A stretch of DNA of 28,096 nt from Candidatus Bathyarchaeia archaeon (GTDB lineage Archaea > Thermoproteota > Bathyarchaeia > Bathyarchaeales > Bathycorpusculaceae), in assembly GCA_049969855.1 (NCBI GenBank), contig JBMFOB010000017.1:1-28096 (forward strand). Reading direction: 5' to 3'. The notes under the pieces were generated by a model. It had not been told where the DNA came from. It saw only the letters and a program-made list of their open reading frames with translations, and ran no database searches. A program made the position numbers and the translations under genes. Shown here piece after piece: positions 25,894 to 28,096 of the stretch (positions are counted from its first letter, which is position 1; each line of letters begins with the position of its first letter).

Positions 25894-26994
25894 ATGCGAT
25901 ATCACTCTTTATATTTAGATTGGTACAATCACGTTCCAAACCTGAAGTATGATTTCCGCTCCAGTGGAATACTTCCTTTCAAGCATAACTTGATGTTGGA
26001 AGAAGTTGATTTAAACGTTAATTATACGCCTCATTTATCAAACCTTTTAGCCAAAAGATATCACGTAAAGCCAGAAAATGTTTTCATTTCCGGCGATGGA
26101 GCGTCGGGTCAAAATTCACGGATAATTCGGTATATAGCGGAAAAAGACAAAAAGAAAAGAGAAGCTGTAGTGGAATATCCAACATATGAACCGTTACTGC
26201 GCCAAGCACAAGAACATTTTCCGCATGTAAAAAGGCTGGAAAGAAAAGAGAAAGAATCGTTTAAAATGGATGCAGATATGCTGCGAAAAGTTGTTTCAGA
26301 AAAAACTGGACTACTCGTTTTGACGAACCCTCACGCTCCAAGCGGAGCAATCGCCCAAAAAAGCGAACTTAAAGAGATAATGGCTGTTGCCAATGAATAC
26401 TGCTTTTACGTTCTATGCGATGAAATATACGCTGAATTCGAAAGAGATGCCATACCCCCAGTCTTCTCCGTTGACGAAGAATTAGGCATAGTCACAACCA
26501 GTTTTACCAAAGCCTATGGTCTGGGAGGATTAAAACTTGGCATAGCCTTGGCAAATAAGAACCTTGTAGACGGCTTATACGCAGACTTAATGAATACCGC
26601 TGGAGGAGCTTCAAACATAGTCCAACTTATCGCATTAGAGCTACTAACTAAGGATAGAGAGATTTTTGAAAAACACAAACAGAAATGGATAACCCTCAAA
26701 AGAGAAACAGAAGAATGGCTGAACGAAAAGGGTTTTGAATTTTCCCCAAACAAAATTAGCGTAACATACTGGATGAAAACACCGATAAAAGACACCTACA
26801 CATGGACAAACAACTACGCAATACCCAGTTACAGTTTAGCAGCCGTGCCCGGAGCATTCTTTCTCTTCAAAAGCGACTATAAACTGGTGAAGTCAAACAT
26901 GATAAGGCTTGGTCTCGGCAACCTAAACCCATACAACCCCATCCTAAAAGAAGCTTTAGAAAACCTCGAAAAAGCCATAAAAACATATCATTAA
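25894..26994 (+). CDS. PLP-dependent aminotransferase class I/II
   Basis: PTYEP, TNPHAPSG, DEIY, SFTKAYGLGG, C-terminal IRLG. Confidence 0.9.
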   Translation: MRYHSLYLDWYNHVPNLKYDFRSSGILPFKHNLMLEEVDLNVNYTPHLSNLLAKRYHVKPENVFISGDGASGQNSRIIRYIAEKDKKKREAVVEYPTYEPLLRQAQEHFPHVKRLERKEKESFKMDADMLRKVVSEKTGLLVLTNPHAPSGAIAQKSELKEIMAVANEYCFYVLCDEIYAEFERDAIPPVFSVDEELGIVTTSFTKAYGLGGLKLGIALANKNLVDGLYADLMNTAGGASNIVQLIALELLTKDREIFEKHKQKWITLKRETEEWLNEKGFEFSPNKISVTYWMKTPIKDTYTWTNNYAIPSYSLAAVPGAFFLFKSDYKLVKSNMIRLGLGNLNPYNPILKEALENLEKAIKTYH

Positions 26995-28096
26995 GCGTAA
27001 AGTTTAAGCAGTTTCCCTAAAGCCCAACTGAACTTTTTCCTTAAAGCTTTGGAATAAATTTTGTCAATGGGCGCTTCCACCATGGCAGCCCATTTCGCAT
27101 AAACTCTGGGGTCGACGTAGGATTTTAATGAAGTTGTCAAATTGTATTCTCTTGTGTTTTTCATCAACTCAATATCCAACCTGGTTTTTTCGATTCTTTT
27201 GATGAGCGCTTCTGTTTTCTTGCCTTGCCTCCTCTTTTCTTCTAAATCAAGCTCCAACTGTTTAAGTTTGGTTTCTTTTTTGGCTAATCTCTCCTCAAAA
27301 TTGTTAGGCACTTTTCTCTTGTGGTTGGCAATTTCAGCTCCTTTAAGATTAGCCATTTTGGCGTGGAAAACTTTAACGTGTTCAGGGTCTTCTTTCTTAG
27401 CGTTGCATGAGTCTAAATATTCCTTGACGGCTTTTGTTGTTCTCCAAGTTCTGAAGACTTTGGCTGTTAATCCGCCCATTTTTTCTGAAAGAAATCGGGT
27501 TACTTTTCTGGAATTGATTCCTTCGAATAGGTATTCTTTGCATGTTTTAGAGTAATATTCAATGTTTTTGATAACGCTTGGCGGTGCTTTTGTTTGTTTA
27601 ACCCATCTGACAGAGTCTTTTCCTAAAAAGTCAAAATGTAGCGTGTCGCCTTCTATCTTTATGTGTTCTGGTCTCAGAGTTATGGCTCCAACAGTGTCCG
27701 CCTCTCCTGGGTCTTTTTCGTCGCCGACTCTCATGTTTAGGGCGTGTATAAGCCAACACACAGTTGCTATCTTTCTTCTCTCTTCATTTTTTGATTCCAA
27801 ATTTTTCATGATGTGGGCTTCAATTTTTGGGATTACGCCATCAAGCTTTTCCGCTTTCCTAAATTTCTCCTTCTCTTTTCTCTGTTTGAGATAAGCTGAA
27901 TCAGAGAACCAAACATACTTTATTTTTCCAGTGAGTTTGTCTTGCCATTTGGCTATGTAAAGCTTATCTGGTTCCCAAACAATTGCTTTCCATTTTCCCT
28001 CTGGTTTTGGGCTGTCTGGAGAAAGGTTTAGAATTATGTCCTCTTCCCTTGGTCCTTCTTTCCATCTTCCCCTTTTTGGATGGTCGCCCCTTCCAG
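26991..28096 (-). CDS. top1: DNA topoisomerase IB, eukaryote-like; 5' end outside the window
   Basis: Frame is open to the window edge (GRGDHPKRG...KYVW). Catalytic pentad context MRVG, FLGKD, AKVFRT, ANH, TSLKSYVDPR. Confidence 0.95.
   Translation of the reverse strand, partial: GRGDHPKRGRWKEGPREEDIILNLSPDSPKPEGKWKAIVWEPDKLYIAKWQDKLTGKIKYVWFSDSAYLKQRKEKEKFRKAEKLDGVIPKIEAHIMKNLESKNEERRKIATVCWLIHALNMRVGDEKDPGEADTVGAITLRPEHIKIEGDTLHFDFLGKDSVRWVKQTKAPPSVIKNIEYYSKTCKEYLFEGINSRKVTRFLSEKMGGLTAKVFRTWRTTKAVKEYLDSCNAKKEDPEHVKVFHAKMANLKGAEIANHKRKVPNNFEERLAKKETKLKQLELDLEEKRRQGKKTEALIKRIEKTRLDIELMKNTREYNLTTSLKSYVDPRVYAKWAAMVEAPIDKIYSKALRKKFSWALGKLLKLYA

Noticed and set aside
1328-27894. Many 60-137 aa ORFs antisense to or nested in confident genes (e.g. 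4942-5340, 7416-7808, 23905-24270, 27142-27555)
   Set aside because: Shadow frames of well-supported genes with no motifs of their own.

Overview
Archaeal chromosomal segment, most likely Bathyarchaeia. That assignment is inferred from the co-occurrence of a eukaryote-like topoisomerase IB, a diverged EF-2 paralogue, an Ftr plus NAD(P)-type Mtd pair, and frequent TTG/GTG starts. Content is mostly housekeeping: three intron-less tRNAs (Pro-GGG, Ile2/Met-CAT, Gly-TCC); purE, purC and a long purP-like gene with a hicB-hicA cassette between them; a B12-radical SAM / radical SAM / kinase run; EF-2 paralogue with Ogg1; thioredoxin; flavodoxin; rtcB and archease separated by an MBL hydrolase and adk; CAAX protease; a doubly frameshifted C_GCAxxG_C_C gene; M42 peptidase; VIT1; mtd-ftr; aRF1; an aminotransferase; and partial TopIB. 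The least explained signal is a 23-24 nt GA-only motif present twice (4598-4620 and 12817-12840). One copy forms the loop of a 17-bp hairpin in a gene-free spacer and the other directly precedes an orphan small ORF, suggesting a structured ncRNA family or an sRNA-target pair. No CRISPR array, transposase or integrase was seen. All protein calls come from motif recognition by eye, not database searches.
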